Assembly: GCF_006345805.1 (NCBI RefSeq)
Contig: NC_043019.1
Span: forward strand, 29,449,360 to 29,513,359
DNA length: 64,000 nucleotides
Direction: 5' to 3'
From: Octopus sinensis
Taxonomy: Eukaryota
Shown here: piece after piece, positions 24,676-37,364 of the stretch
How the letters are laid out: every line of letters begins with the position of its first letter
How positions within the stretch are numbered: position 1 is the first letter of the stretch
The notes under the pieces: model-generated
Seen by the model: only the letters and a program-made list of their open reading frames with translations
The model's database searches: none
What the model was told of the DNA's origin: nothing
Made by a program: the position numbers and the translations under genes

Positions 24676-25944
24676 GTGTACATTATATTTTAATCATATA
24701 AGAACACATGAAAGATGTTATGTTAATTTTGTTTTTCAATTATTTGTTCATACACCAAAATTTGTTGTTGCACTTCTGCAACTTGTTCACCAACACAATT
24801 CTCCTGCTCTCATTAAAATTATTTACAAACGATGAAAATTTTGAAACTGTGCCTATATATATTCACAAGCGCACATACTTATACGTATTGTCGCAAGCAC
24901 ACACATTATTTTATGTTTCCATGTAATGCTTCTGATACATATGTTGTTTGAAATATATACTTTCTGGTGAGAATAAAAAAAAAGAAGAGAAAAAATCCCA
25001 GATAATTACTAGATGGTGAGACATTTGAACAAGCAATGTTTACAGGCACAAGACCAAAAATCTTTAAGGAATGAGGAATGAGATTATACAGAATTCTTGC
25101 ACTTCTGAGAAGCATAAGTATCCTAAGTCAAGTGAAATGGCTACAATCTGAAATTTGTCAGGATTCCAACACCCCAAGGGCTAATATTCCTCAGTAACAC
25201 AATAAATCTGGAAAGTAACCAAAATGTTTGTGCTGAAATGGTCAAACTATAAAAGTATTTGCTTTTCTGAACCGAACATACAATTTACAAAAGCACAAAC
25301 TTTTTTTTTTTTTTTAATGTGAAATCTCAGTTATTAATTAGAAATAAAATATTTAATGAATGAAACATTAATTTAGAGCTACATTTCTTTAATGGGCTTA
25401 AAGTATTACCCTAGTTAAGCTAAGTTATTTGACAAAGAGGGTAATAGGTACAAATGAAGGCTATGTGGGAGAGCATAATTTTGGAGTTAAAAAATGAAAT
25501 TATCAAAAAAAAATAATAATAATGAATAAATATTGAAATTTGAGAAGTCTGTGATCACTACAGTAGAGGAACAGACACACATATATATATATACATACAC
25601 ATATGTATAATCCTCATCATCATTTAACATCTGTTTTCCATGCTGGCATGGGTTAGTCATTTCAATTGAAACTGACAAGTTAGAAGACTGTGCCAAGCTC
25701 TTATCTGCTTTGGCATGGTTTCTATGGTTGGATGCCCTTTATAATACCAACTACTTTACAGAGTATATCGGGTGTTTTTTAAGTGGCACCAACAGTACTG
25801 AAGTCACCAAGTAACTAGCAAGACAAGACCCTTCAACTGATTGGAGGAGTAGTTTTGAGGGAAAGAAAAAAGGTGTCTTACAATAAACAAGAAATATAGC
25901 TGCCTCAGATGAAAAGAGAAGGACATACTTTTAATGACCTCACA

Positions 25945-26225
25945 AATCACAAATCCCTTCAGGTAGATGGCCCTGCTCAATCTGTAGAAAAGGCATAAGT
26001 AGAAACTCCATAAGATGTACTCGGTGTTAGCTATGGACCACATAAGAAGTGCAGCAATATAAGAGGAAGGTTAATAAAGAAAATAGCTTTTGTGTGCAGA
26101 AGATGCACAGGTACAATAAACATTGAAAATGTACAGAAAATAGACTGCATCAACTGCTGGGTGGGAGGGAAGAAGTTGGAGGTAGTAGATAGTTTCCGTT
26201 ATCTAGGTGACCAAGTCAGTAGCAA
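25945..26225 (+). mobile_element. RTE LINE internal fragment (PHD-like insert and thumb), decayed
   Basis: SGRWPCSICRKGISRNSIRCTRC*LW/HKKCSNIRGRLIKKIAFVCRRCTG...KLEVVDSFRYLGDQVS; homologous to 1-200 and 56190-56440. Confidence 0.85.
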
Positions 26226-26657
26226 AGGTTCTACTTGTGAGTAGAATAGGAAGAAGCCCATTTTACACACACACACATACACTACCGTCAGAAATTAATT
26301 AGCACCCTTGATTTGCTCTTCACTCAAGGTATTTGCTGTCACCTAGTGGCCATATCTTGAACTATTGCTTTGTTGTGAGTTCACTGTTGTGCAGAACGAT
26401 GACGTAACTTTGTTTGCAGAGCAGTTTGAGGGTCTACAGCCTAATGATGTGGACATAGCAGTGCAACAACAACTTGGAGTGCGGATGCAGACAAATCTTC
26501 CTTTGTTTAATAGATATAGGTAGCGCCTCGCAAGGACCGAAATCACACCGTACTAAGTTTTCTCATCGCGTAAGACGTTTTGAACAGCTCGTAGGTTAAT
26601 TGATTTGTGTATTTGCAAGATTTTTTTTCCTCACAAATTCTCCTACACTCTGCTTGA

Positions 26658-26672
26658 TGACGTCACTTCCGG
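26658..26672. promoter_or_regulatory. Overlapping CRE + ETS motif upstream of the Tc1 transposase
   Basis: TGACGTCACTTCCGG (reverse CCGGAAGTGACGTCA); a second CRE-like TGACGTAA lies at 26400-26407. Confidence 0.5.
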
Positions 26673-26829
26673 TTCACAAAACTTCTGTTATACATCAAAT
26701 AAGGTGAGAAATTCTGCTTGCTTTCTTTTTTGTTTATGAATAATAACTCATAGCAGTTTTGTTATAGCATAACATTATTCAAATGAATAGTTTTAATGAA
26801 AATAACTGGTTTTTATCGTTCATTCCTAG

Positions 26830-27795
26830 ATGGGCCCAGGACCTCGCATGACCTTGGAGAGACGGTACGAGGCTCTCTCGTGGCGTGGGAAGCTGTCGGA
26901 GGCTGCAATAGCCAGAAAACTTGGTGTAGCCAGGCGCACAATTCAGTGCTTATTTAAGAAATACGAGGAAACCAGATCAGCAGCTGACAAAAAGGGTAGG
27001 GGACGGAAGAGGCTGACGACCCAGCAGGAGGACCGGATGCTGATCTGAAAGTCACTGTACAACCAAAGGGCAACGAGCCGGCAACTGGCGGAGGAGATGC
27101 AAAAGATGACAGGGAAGCAGTTGTCTACAACCACCGTCAAGACCAGATTACTGGAAGCCGCTCCTTACAGCCCAAAACCGGAAGAGGCTGCTGCTCTGGG
27201 CCCGTGCCCACAAGACATGGACCATGCAGCAGTGGCAGACAGTGATGTTCACTGACAAGTCGCGATTCAGTCTCGTCAGTGACAAGCCTGTCCATGTGCG
27301 ACGCTGCAGGGGTGAGCGCTTCAACAAAGACTGCATTGCTCCCACCATGAAGCATGGTGGGGGTGGTCTGATGGTGTGAGGGGCGTTCAGCTACAGTAGT
27401 GTTGGGCGGCTCTATGCCGTCGAAGGCAACATCAACGCAGCAAAGTACGTTGAGATAGTACGGGATACCTCTTTGGTGGCGAGGAGTATGTGCTCCAGCA
27501 GGACAACGCGCCTTCCCACACAGCCAAGCTCACAACCGGTTTCTTCAAGGACCATGGGGTGACGGGCATGGACTGGCCTGGCCAGTCACCTGACCTGAAC
27601 CCTATTGAGAACCTCTGGAGTCGATTGGGTAGTGATTTGAATGTGCAGCAATACAGGAACCGACACGAGCTGTTTGGGGCACTTCTTGCTGCATGGAGGG
27701 CCATCCCTGCACAGTACCTGCAGGCACTCATAGACAGCATGCCGACCTGCGTAGCAGCTGTCATTGCTGCCAAAGGAGGAGCAACAAGATATTGA
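26830..27795 (+). pseudogene. Tc1 DD34E transposase pseudogene
   Basis: HTH (AAIARKLGVARRTI), GRGRKR linker, VMFTDKSRF, KHGGGGLMV*G, LQQDNAPSH and WPGQSPDLNPIENLW, with 34 residues between the second D and E. Stops at 27046 and 27377, frameshifting deletions near 27158 and 27468, AATAAA at 27845. Confidence 0.95.
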
Positions 27796-29384
27796 CTAAA
27801 TTTCACGATTAATAACAATTATGTGGTGTGCTGGGATATGTTTTAATAAATTTTTGATTAAAAACGAGTTCGTTTCTGATAATAAGTTAATTAAATTAAG
27901 AAAATGTAAGAAAATGTAGAAATTTGAGAAGTGCTAATTAATTTCCGACGCAAGTGTACATGTGAAATATCCCTGTAACAATTACAATTTTCTTCAAAAA
28001 TGTGGACAGAGAAAATATAGTGGAACACGCACACACACAGATAGATGGACAGACAGTAATATATATAGATCGACAAACATTAATATAAATAGACAGGCAT
28101 TAATATAGTCAGATAGACAGAGAGACAAACAGGAAGATATTGATACAATAGATACCAGAAAGAAAGAAATACTGGGGTGAATATGATGAACTAAAACCAC
28201 TGAAGGTAGTACACCAGCATGGCCACGGCTCAATGATTGAAACCAGAAAAAGGATAAAAAAATAAAATTAAAAAATTTGCAGAGCAAAGAATGATTTATG
28301 AAACAACAAAGAAATAATTTAAGATAAAGACATTTTGTGAATAATAAATTTAGAGGAGCCTTCAACTGCTAGCAACATTGAAAAGACATATTACATGCGA
28401 GCAGTAAATTTGGAGGTACACCATATACCATAGCAGCATTGGAAAGACGACAGTTTGTGAACAGTAAATTTGAAGACGACTTCAGCCAATGGCATCGCTG
28501 GAAAGCATTTGTTAAAATTCATATGCTATATTTTAAAGGTAATAAATCTCATAGAAAATATTCTCCTTTGCCAAGTAACATCAGAGACAGACACACTAAC
28601 ACACAGACTAAGAAGAAAAACATTAATAACCCTGTAACAATTACAATTTTCTTCAAAAATGTGAACAGAGAAAAATCTAGTGGAATATTTTATTAACTAT
28701 CTACTTAGTTGCCAAGAGAGATAACATTATTTTAATTACAAAAGTCGTATTTCAATAAATTTATCTGCCTAAATAACCTAATTATGGGCGAATAAGTCAT
28801 AAAGTGGCTCAGTGATTGTCATTTATGTGGATCAGATAAATTAATTTTTCCATAAAGACATTCTTCGCTATTTTACAACTAGATAGATAGGCCAGTAAAT
28901 CTTAATTATTTCATGTTGATATTTATCTGGAAGACTTCTACTCGTTATCATCTCTCATTAATTCAACTTCTTTCTAAATTATAACTGCTTTTATTCAATT
29001 GATGTTTTAGAAAATGAAAAGCCATGCCATCATGACAGGATTTAAAGCATGAATCCTCAGACTTCTTAATTATATTAGATTATAATCGACATGGGTGTAG
29101 GCGTGAGTGTGTGTTTTAAAGAAACACATACTCCAGGTTCCAGGTTCAATCTTAATGCATGGCACCTCAAACTAATACCTACCTTAGATTCAGGTTGACA
29201 AAACACAAATACCTTGCAGTATTTAATCTACCCAAAGTATGTATCTTTTTAAGGTGGACTTAACTATTCCATAAACAGACTACCAAAAATTAAGTAGCAG
29301 ACAAAGTATTGGTGATTAATATAGAATCAACCAAAATTCTTGAAGCGCTAACATACTTACAGACTGAAGGCTTAAACCAATAAA

Positions 29385-29600
29385 ATCATCATCATTTAAC
29401 GTCTGTTTTCAATGCTGGTATGGGTTGGACAGCTTGACAGGAGCTGACCAGCTGATGGTCTGTTCAAACTCCATGCCTGTTTTGGCATGGTTTCTACAGC
29501 TGGATGCCCTTCCTAATGCCAACCACTTTACAGAGTGTAGTAGGTGCTTTTACACAACACCAGTACAGGTGCTTTTTACATGGCACCAGCATTTATGAGC
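29385..29600 (-). mobile_element. RTE LINE 3'-UTR fragment
   Basis: (ATC)n-TTAACGTC...TTTCTACAGCTGGATGCCCTTCCTAATGCCAACCAC, as at 54589-54760. Confidence 0.75.
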
Positions 29601-29699
29601 CATCAAGATTAAGGGTGCTCTGCTGGAGAGGGTTGCATGTAAGAGCAACCACACTTTTACTTAGCTTGAATGGGAAAAATAATGTATTCTATCATAGTT

Positions 29700-30240
29700 G
29701 CAGGCATGGCTGTATGGTAAGAAGTTTGCTTCCTAACCACATGATTTCAGATCCAGTCCCACTGTGAGGCACCTGGAGCAAGTGTCTACTATAGCATCAG
29801 GCTGACCAAATCCTTGCAAGTAGATTTGGTAGATAGAAACTGAAAGAAGCCTATTGTGTACATGTGTGCATTAGTGTCTGTTTCCACTACTGCTTGACAA
29901 CCAGATGTCCCAGAAAATTAGCAATTTTGCAAAAGAGACTAATGGAATAAGTATCATCATCATCATCATCATTTAACGTCCGTTCTCCATGCTAGCATGG
30001 GTTGGACGGTTCGACCGGGGATCTGGGAAGCCAGAAGGCTGCACCAGGCTCCGGTCTTATCTGGCAATGTTTCTACAGCTGGATGCCCTTCCTAACGCCA
30101 ACCACTCCGTGAGTGTAGTGGGTGCTTTTTATCAGATTAAAAAAAAAGTCCTGAAGTTGATTTGTTCAAATAAAATCACTTGAAGGTGGTGCTCCAGCTT
30201 GGCTGCAACCAAACCACTGAAACAAGTAAAAAATAAAAGA
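29700..30240 (+). mobile_element. Family-A SINE interrupted by a minus-strand RTE 3'-end fragment (29953-30130)
   Basis: SINE head 29700-29950 and tail 30135-30240 flank a CpG-retaining (ATC)n-TTAACGTCCGTTCTCCATGCTAGCATGGG...GGGTGCTTTTTA segment. Confidence 0.75.
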
Positions 30241-31787
30241 TATCTGAAGTCTGAATGAGGGACAGACTTAGTTAAAAAGCTTTCTCTAGGTAGAGAGATC
30301 TTAAACATTATCAGCTTTTTCATCAAGATTGACATGGGAAAAACATTATCATTAATAATGAGAATAAGGACAGGAAAGTCTAAAGAAAAATACAAAAAGA
30401 CAGGATGATCAAGGATGAAATTTCTTTGATCACAAGTCTGCTTCATCAGAAACGACCCAGGGCTAAACAATGACAACCAAGAGAACCTTTATATCAGGCA
30501 GTGATAACTTTTTCCAAGAAGCAGGCCACATGAGACATGGCTTGTCATCAGACAGGCTTTACTACTCAATAAAATTCGAGGTAATTCTTCATTAGGCATG
30601 CCATTCAGTAAGTCCCCCCAGGCCACAGATTGCCCATGACTCCTCTATATAGCTGCTCAACTTGCTAGAAATAGCAGCTAAAGTTATCACAGAGCACACT
30701 CTACTTATAAACAGAGTGGGATACTTTGGACAGTGGAGTTCTTAATAGCAAAAAGAAATGGTGACCTTGAAAAGAACTTCTTCAATTATACATCCGCTTT
30801 GGCATGGAACAGCAACCATTTTATTCACTAATTACAGCCAATTTATGGGTTATTATCTCTTGTTAAATTAATTAAAAATCAAAGAATTTAAGTGGGTGCT
30901 GATGGATTCTTTGATAGCTACAATGATGAATCCACTCTGTCATCACTCGAATTGCTAGGAATAGCAGTTAAGTCACTGTCAGGTCACATTGTACAATAGT
31001 TGTCCTACAGAACCAGACCTATAACCATAACTCATTGTAGTTTTAGATATAGAAAGAAGACAGGATAGACATAGCTAAAATATTTTTTCATTGTAGAGTC
31101 TACTCAGTTAAAGCTAGCCTATGATACAACATTCTGAGAAATCATCTTGGAAAGACAGGATGGTCAAAGCTGGAACTTACTTGATCATAAGCTTGTTTGA
31201 TTAGCACTGAACTCAGATTTATATATTAAATCTATGAGAATATATATTGATGTCAAGCTACAGAATTCAGAAAATCAAGACATTCCAACCTTGACCATGC
31301 CAACTTTTACATATCTAGGAGTAGATTATTTAATGTATCCTTTTTATATGATGGTAGGGTGTTTGAGGAATATTTGCTATTCCTGCAGGTCAAGCAACTA
31401 CATAGGGACTCTTTCAGCTCATGAATAGGTTTAATTGCTGTTGTTGATTAGCCCCAGATGAGCCCCGATTTAATAGACATATGATCAAAGGCATTCCATT
31501 TGTGTCCACCTAATCTTTTATTCAGGCAATCAACATTATGCAATGTGTCCTTCCAGTTTTTAAGACAATAGTTGGATGCGATTTGAAGAGATTCATTGCT
31601 TTCTGCAAGTGAAGCAACATCAGAGAGAGCACACCTCACAGTAAACTATACAGAGGTTTTTGAAGGACAGGTTGGAGAGAAAGCAAATGACTTTGTGAGT
31701 GAATATGTATGACACCTCATCACTATTGTTTGTTATCTCTTCAGAGATACTACTGATTCATTCTCACTCTCTTCCCTAAATGTGAGT

Positions 31788-32093
31788 TGTTGTTTGTTCC
31801 TTCTTGAGCCACGCCTGGCTCATAAGGGCCGGCTTCCCGGTTTCTTGACGTATAGGTTTCCCACCAGGACGGGACGCCGGTCCATCGCAGGTGAGCTGCA
31901 AGATGCAGGAGGGAAGAGTGAGAGAAAGTTGTGGCGAAACAGTCAGCAGAAGTTTCGCCGTTACCTTCTGCCAGAGCCGCGTGGAGCTTAGGTGTTTCGC
32001 TCATAAACACACACATCGTCCGGTCTGAGATTCGAACCCGCGATTCCTCGACCGAGAGTCCACTGCTCTAACCACTAGGCCATGTGCCTCCAC
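31788..32093 (-). mobile_element. Family-D tRNA-derived SINE with (AAC)n tail and 8-bp TSD
   Basis: Minus strand has A box TGGCCTAGTGG, B box GGTTCGAATC and CCTGCGATGGACCGGCGTCCCGTCC. TSD ATGTGAGT at 31780-31787 and 32094-32101. Confidence 0.92.
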
Positions 32094-32199
32094 ATGTGAG
32101 TAGTCATGTAGCTCCTTTACATCAAGAACCTGCTCTACCACAACTCCTTCTCTCATACCTTAATTTCCATCTAACATAAGGATGTGACCCACCTTCCCC

Positions 32200-32430
32200 A
32201 GGTCTTGTACTTTTGTGAGCTACATGACAACTTTACTGGGGCTGGTGGCATGGAAAAAGCACCCAGTACACACTATCATGTGGTTGGCATTAGGAAGGGC
32301 ATTCAGTCATGGAAACCATGCCAAAGCAGACAATGGAATACAATGCAGTCCTTAGACCTATCAGATCCTGTCAAATTGTCCAACACATGTCAACATGGAA
32401 CATGGACAGTAAATGATGATGTCAATGATG
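32200..32430 (+). mobile_element. RTE LINE 3'-UTR fragment
   Basis: AAAAAGCACCCAGTACAC...GGTTGGCATTAGGAAGGGCATTCAG...TAAATGATGATG. Confidence 0.7.
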
Positions 32431-33224
32431 GTGTGTGTATGTATGTGTGTGTATAGGGCTAAGCTTATAGAGAGTTAATTGTAACTAGATCGTTTGAGTA
32501 AATGTAACAAGATTATCTAAGTAATCAAAATAGGTAAAAACTCTCTGTAAGGATTAACTCTGAATGAGTAATATCGACCTTGTATCTTAAAATGTACTGA
32601 GTATTTCTTTGAATGGAGGTTCTTCCAGTTTCATATCTGTGAATATCCAACTCACCCACTGCCACACATATATGCATATGTGTGTGCACACGCATGTATA
32701 TCATCATCAGAGAAAGAGAGAGAGAGAGAATATAATCTTGATAGTAGGGGCAGTGTTTAGGAAGATGGTATTTAAAAGAGAATAAGGAGTTTACACCATC
32801 TGGGCAGATGGCATTTTTCTGAAAGCATTAAGTGTGGGTGGGGAACGTGATAGAGTCGGTGGTGCTGATAATAGAGGGTGTTGAGGCAGGGAGGGGCTTT
32901 ACATGTGCACGGTAACAGGTGCACGAGCAATACTATAATGTTAGGAGAGGAGGGACAATTTGTAGTGGTGGTGGTGGCATTGGAGGGTCGGTTGGTGAGT
33001 GCGTGGATGAAGGGGTGGGAAGGGTCTATTTATATTCATACACACACTATATAAAAAAATAAATAAAGTTGTGCGTTTGTTTGCTTGTTTTTTAAGCAGG
33101 AATTCAACAAGTGAAAATTATTAACAAACATTTTATCATCCATAGTGGTGGAGGTAGTGGTGGTGGTATTGATGGGGGCAGAAAAGATGGATGGAAAGAA
33201 AGAAGTAAACTACTTAGTTCTTAC

Positions 33225-33623
33225 TGCTATGACTACTACTACTACTACTATCACAACAAAAACTATTGCTGCTGCTGCCACTACTACTACTACCACCACT
33301 ACTACAACTACTACCACCACTACTACCACTACTACCGTTACTACTACTACTACTACTACCGTTACTACTACTACTACTACCGCTATTACTACTACTACCG
33401 CTATTACTACTACTACTACTACTGCTATTACTACTACTACTACTACTACCGCTATTACTACTACTACTACTACTACTGCTATTACTACTACTACTACTAC
33501 CGCTATTACTACTACTACTACACTACTACTACTACTCTACTACTACTACTACTACTACTACTACCGCTATTACTACTACTACTACTACTACGCTATTACT
33601 ACTACTACTACTACTACTGCTAT

Positions 33624-33659
<36 letters not shown>

Positions 33660-33710
33660 CGCTATTACTACTACTACTACCGCTATTACTACTACTACTA
33701 CTACTGCTAT

Positions 33711-33743
<33 letters not shown>

Positions 33744-33760
33744 CGCTATTACTACTACTG

Positions 33761-33794
<34 letters not shown>

Positions 33795-33812
33795 AGCTGC
33801 TGCTGCTGCTAC
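33225..33812. repeat. Long (TAC)n microsatellite punctuated by CGCTAT/TGCTAT variants
   Basis: About 580 bp, directly visible; source of the spurious poly-Y/T/L ORFs. Confidence 0.97.
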
Positions 33813-34509
33813 AGATGTTTGATATATTTCATGCAGATTTATCATGCAAGAAGAAAATTTAAGGTTTTTTCAGTTTTCTTTTTTCCCTTTTTTTTTTCCT
33901 TTTTTCTTCGTAATGCAATATGAGGAAACGAAATGAAAATACAAGGGCGGAGGGGGAGAAGGAATAATGACGGTGTTAAAAAAACAGGGAGTAAAAAGAT
34001 GGAGTAATAAAAGGGAGTAAAGACTGTTGTGAATGGGACTAAAGATTGTTGTGAATGGGCGAACTAAAAGCCAGATGCCAGATGCTGCTGCTGCTGCTGT
34101 TTTTAGGGGGAAAAAATTCCAATGGAATATGAGACAAATTTGGGTTGGTAGGTAGATGGCGAGGGTGGCATGGGGGAGAGAAATAAATTCATGTAACTTT
34201 CCATTATTATTATTATTATTGTTGTTGTTATTAATGCATTCTAATGGTGGTGTCATATTTCAGTTTCCAAGGCTCATACATAAGAAAGCTGTTATAACTA
34301 TTAGGAAAAGAAATTACTAATGCATATATTTAAATACATAACGCAACTAAATAATATTCAGTAAGAGCTTTACGCTTCTCCTTCACCCCCCCCCCCGAGC
34401 CCCCACACTCTGTACCCCACTGCCACCGTTCCTTTCTTCTCTCTCTCCTCTCTATCCTCTTTAATCTTGCCGGACGGGAATTGTCGGATGTTGTATATAA
34501 AATGTTGTA

Positions 34510-34553
34510 AGAGATACATACATACATATATATATATACACACATATATATAT

Positions 34554-34598
<45 letters not shown>

Positions 34599-34775
34599 TA
34601 TATATATATACACACACACACATATATATATATATACACACACACACACATATATATATACACACACACAATATTATATACACACACACACATATATGTA
34701 TATATACACACACATATATATATATACACACACACACACACATATATATACACACACACACACACACATATATAT

Positions 34776-34806
<31 letters not shown>

Positions 34807-34847
34807 CACACACAACACACACACATATATATACACACACACACACA

Positions 34848-34900
<53 letters not shown>

Positions 34901-35011
34901 ATATTTGGGTGAGAGTGAGGAAGCAACAGGGGGAGACATGCAAATGAGTATGCATGTGCGAGTGTGTTTGATAAGTTGTATATGTTTGTGTGCATATGTG
35001 TGTCAGTGTTT

Positions 35012-35048
<37 letters not shown>

Positions 35049-35167
35049 TAGTATGTATGTGAGAGAGAATGCATACGAGTTTGAATATGTCAGTATGTAA
35101 ATATATCTGTGTATGGGCATATATGCATAAGAAAGTGTATGTGTCTACATATAAGATTGTGTATATA

Positions 35168-35212
<45 letters not shown>

Positions 35213-35238
35213 ATGTACACACACACATATATATATGT

Positions 35239-35271
<33 letters not shown>

Positions 35272-35286
35272 CGTACATATGTACAT

Positions 35287-35320
<34 letters not shown>

Positions 35321-35480
35321 TAAATACATGTTTGTACATAAATGTACAATTGTGTGTATATATATATATATCAGCATGTGAGAGTTTGTGTGTACATGTG
35401 TGATAGTATGCATGTTAGCATGTAAGAATGTGCACATATGGTGTGTTTGTATGTGTATATGCGAGAGAGAGAGAGAGAGA
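34510..35480. repeat. Compound (TA)/(CA)/(TG) microsatellite field
   Basis: Directly visible; includes a (CA)n to (TG)n inversion centred near 34850. Confidence 0.95.
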
Positions 35481-35739
35481 GATTGCATGTGTGAATATGA
35501 ATAAACATTAAAAATAGAAATGAAAGTAAATGGATACAAAAACACATTATTTAAAAAACAAAAAAAAAAGAGACGTATAGGACCTGAGTGTATGTATGGA
35601 GTTGGGGTGAATGCTTCTGAGATAATCAGGGAAGGTGCAATTAGGTAAGTGGAAGCGACATGAAAAGGATTGGAGAAAAAAAAGTGAGGACTTTTTTATG
35701 GAAAAAAAGTCCTTAATTAAGTAGTATATATTTTGTGTT

Positions 35740-36938
35740 TTACCTGTTTTTAAACCAGTGGACTGTAACCAAGCTGGGGCACTGCCTTGAAGAGACTGAA
35801 TCGAAAAAAATCAACCTCACTACAGAGGGTCGTTTGTTGTTTTTATTTTTAAAGTCTGGTGCTTATTGTGTCAGAATCTATTACCAAACTGCTAAGTTAT
35901 GAGAACGTAAACAAACTAACACCAGTCGTCAGGTGGTGTGGGGATGACAAGCACAGACACACACATACATATATATGTAGGCACAGGTGTAGCTGTGTAG
36001 TAAAACGTTGGCTTCCCAATCACATGGTCTTGGATTCAGTTCCAAGGCATGGCACCTTGGGCAAGTGTTTTCTACCACAGCTCCAAGCTGACCAAAGCTT
36101 TTAAGTGGATTTGGTAGACAGAAACTGAAAGAAACCTGTTGTGTGTATGCATGAGTGTGTGTGTGTGTGTGTTTGTCACCCACCACAACTTGACAATGGT
36201 GCTGGTTTTTTAATGCCCCATACATTAGCAGTTTGGCAAAAGAAACTGAGAAAATGAGTCGCAAGCCTTAAAAAAAATGAGTCCTGGGGTCAATTCATTC
36301 TACTAAAAGCCCTTCAATGTAGTGCCCAGCATGGCTGCAGTCTCCTGACTGAAACAACACACACACACACACACACACACACAAAGGCTTCTCCAGTTTC
36401 TGTCGCCAAAATTCACAAGGCACTGGTAGGTCCAGGACTATAGTAGAAGACACCTGCCCAAAGTGCTGTGTAGTGAAACTGAACCAGAAACCACATGGTT
36501 GCAGCACAAGTTCTTTAACCACACAGCCATGCCTGCACCTCTTTTACTTTTTTACTTCTTTCAGTCATTTGACTGTGACCATGCTGGAGCACCGCCTTTA
36601 GTCGAGCAAATCGACCCCAGAATTTATTCTTTGTAAGCCTAGTACTTAATCTATTGGTCACTTTTGCCGAACTGCTAAGTTACGGGTACGTAAACACACC
36701 AGCATTGGTTGTCAAGCGATGTTGGGGGGACAAACACAGACACACAAACATACATATGTATATATATATACATAGATACGACGGGCTTCTTTCACTTTCC
36801 GTCTACCAAATCCACTCACAGGGCTTTGGTCAGCCTGAGGCTATAGTAGAAGACACTTGCCCAAGGTGTCACGCAGTGGGCCTGAACCCAGAACCATGTG
36901 GTTGGTAAGCAAGCTACTTACCACACAGCCACTCCTGC
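35740..36938. mobile_element. Cluster of four family-A SINE pieces in -,+,-,- orientation
   Basis: Minus tail 35740-35965, plus full copy 35978-36355, minus head 36385-36538, minus full copy 36541-36938. Confidence 0.8.
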
Positions 36939-37364
36939 ACCCATGTATATAAATTATTACTATTGCCACAATATCATGAAATGCACATTGAACATTTTTA
37001 AAAAGACACTAATTAGTAATCCATAATTTCTGTCTAAATATTTTAAACAAAACCTGAGCCACTTCTATAAAGGGCAGCCAAATCTCCCACATATCACATT
37101 TTACTGTCAGTGTGAAAAGAAACTAGCAAGGAAGGTGTTATGTTGGACTGTTAGAAATAGCACTCAAATCTCATGTCTCGTGGTTATAATAAATATAGCA
37201 ATGGGGGAGTCACCTTATTGGATTTTGGTAAAGAGCTCTGTGTTGTCAATTGGTACTGAAAAAACCAAAAGAAGAGATCAGAAGTGACGAGATCAGAGTT
37301 GTTCATGATGGGGATTAAGAGATATCATACGCAATCAAGAAAAACAATGTTATGCTAAAGACCA

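Larger units (their letters stand above)
26280..27956 (+). mobile_element. Full-length Tc1-family DNA transposon (1677 bp) with TA TSD
   Basis: TA|CACTACCGTCAGAAATTAATTAGCAC ... GTGCTAATTAATTTCCGACGCAAGTG|TA: 26-bp imperfect TIRs enclosing a transposase. Confidence 0.95.

Noticed and set aside
32020-32093. tRNA gene
   Set aside because: A and B boxes are present, but the sequence continues into a SINE body with tail and TSD, and a second copy is at 41037-41327.
33111-33923. Long poly-Tyr/Thr/Leu ORFs (mucin-like)
   Set aside because: Translations of a (TAC)n microsatellite, with no flanking domain or splice support.
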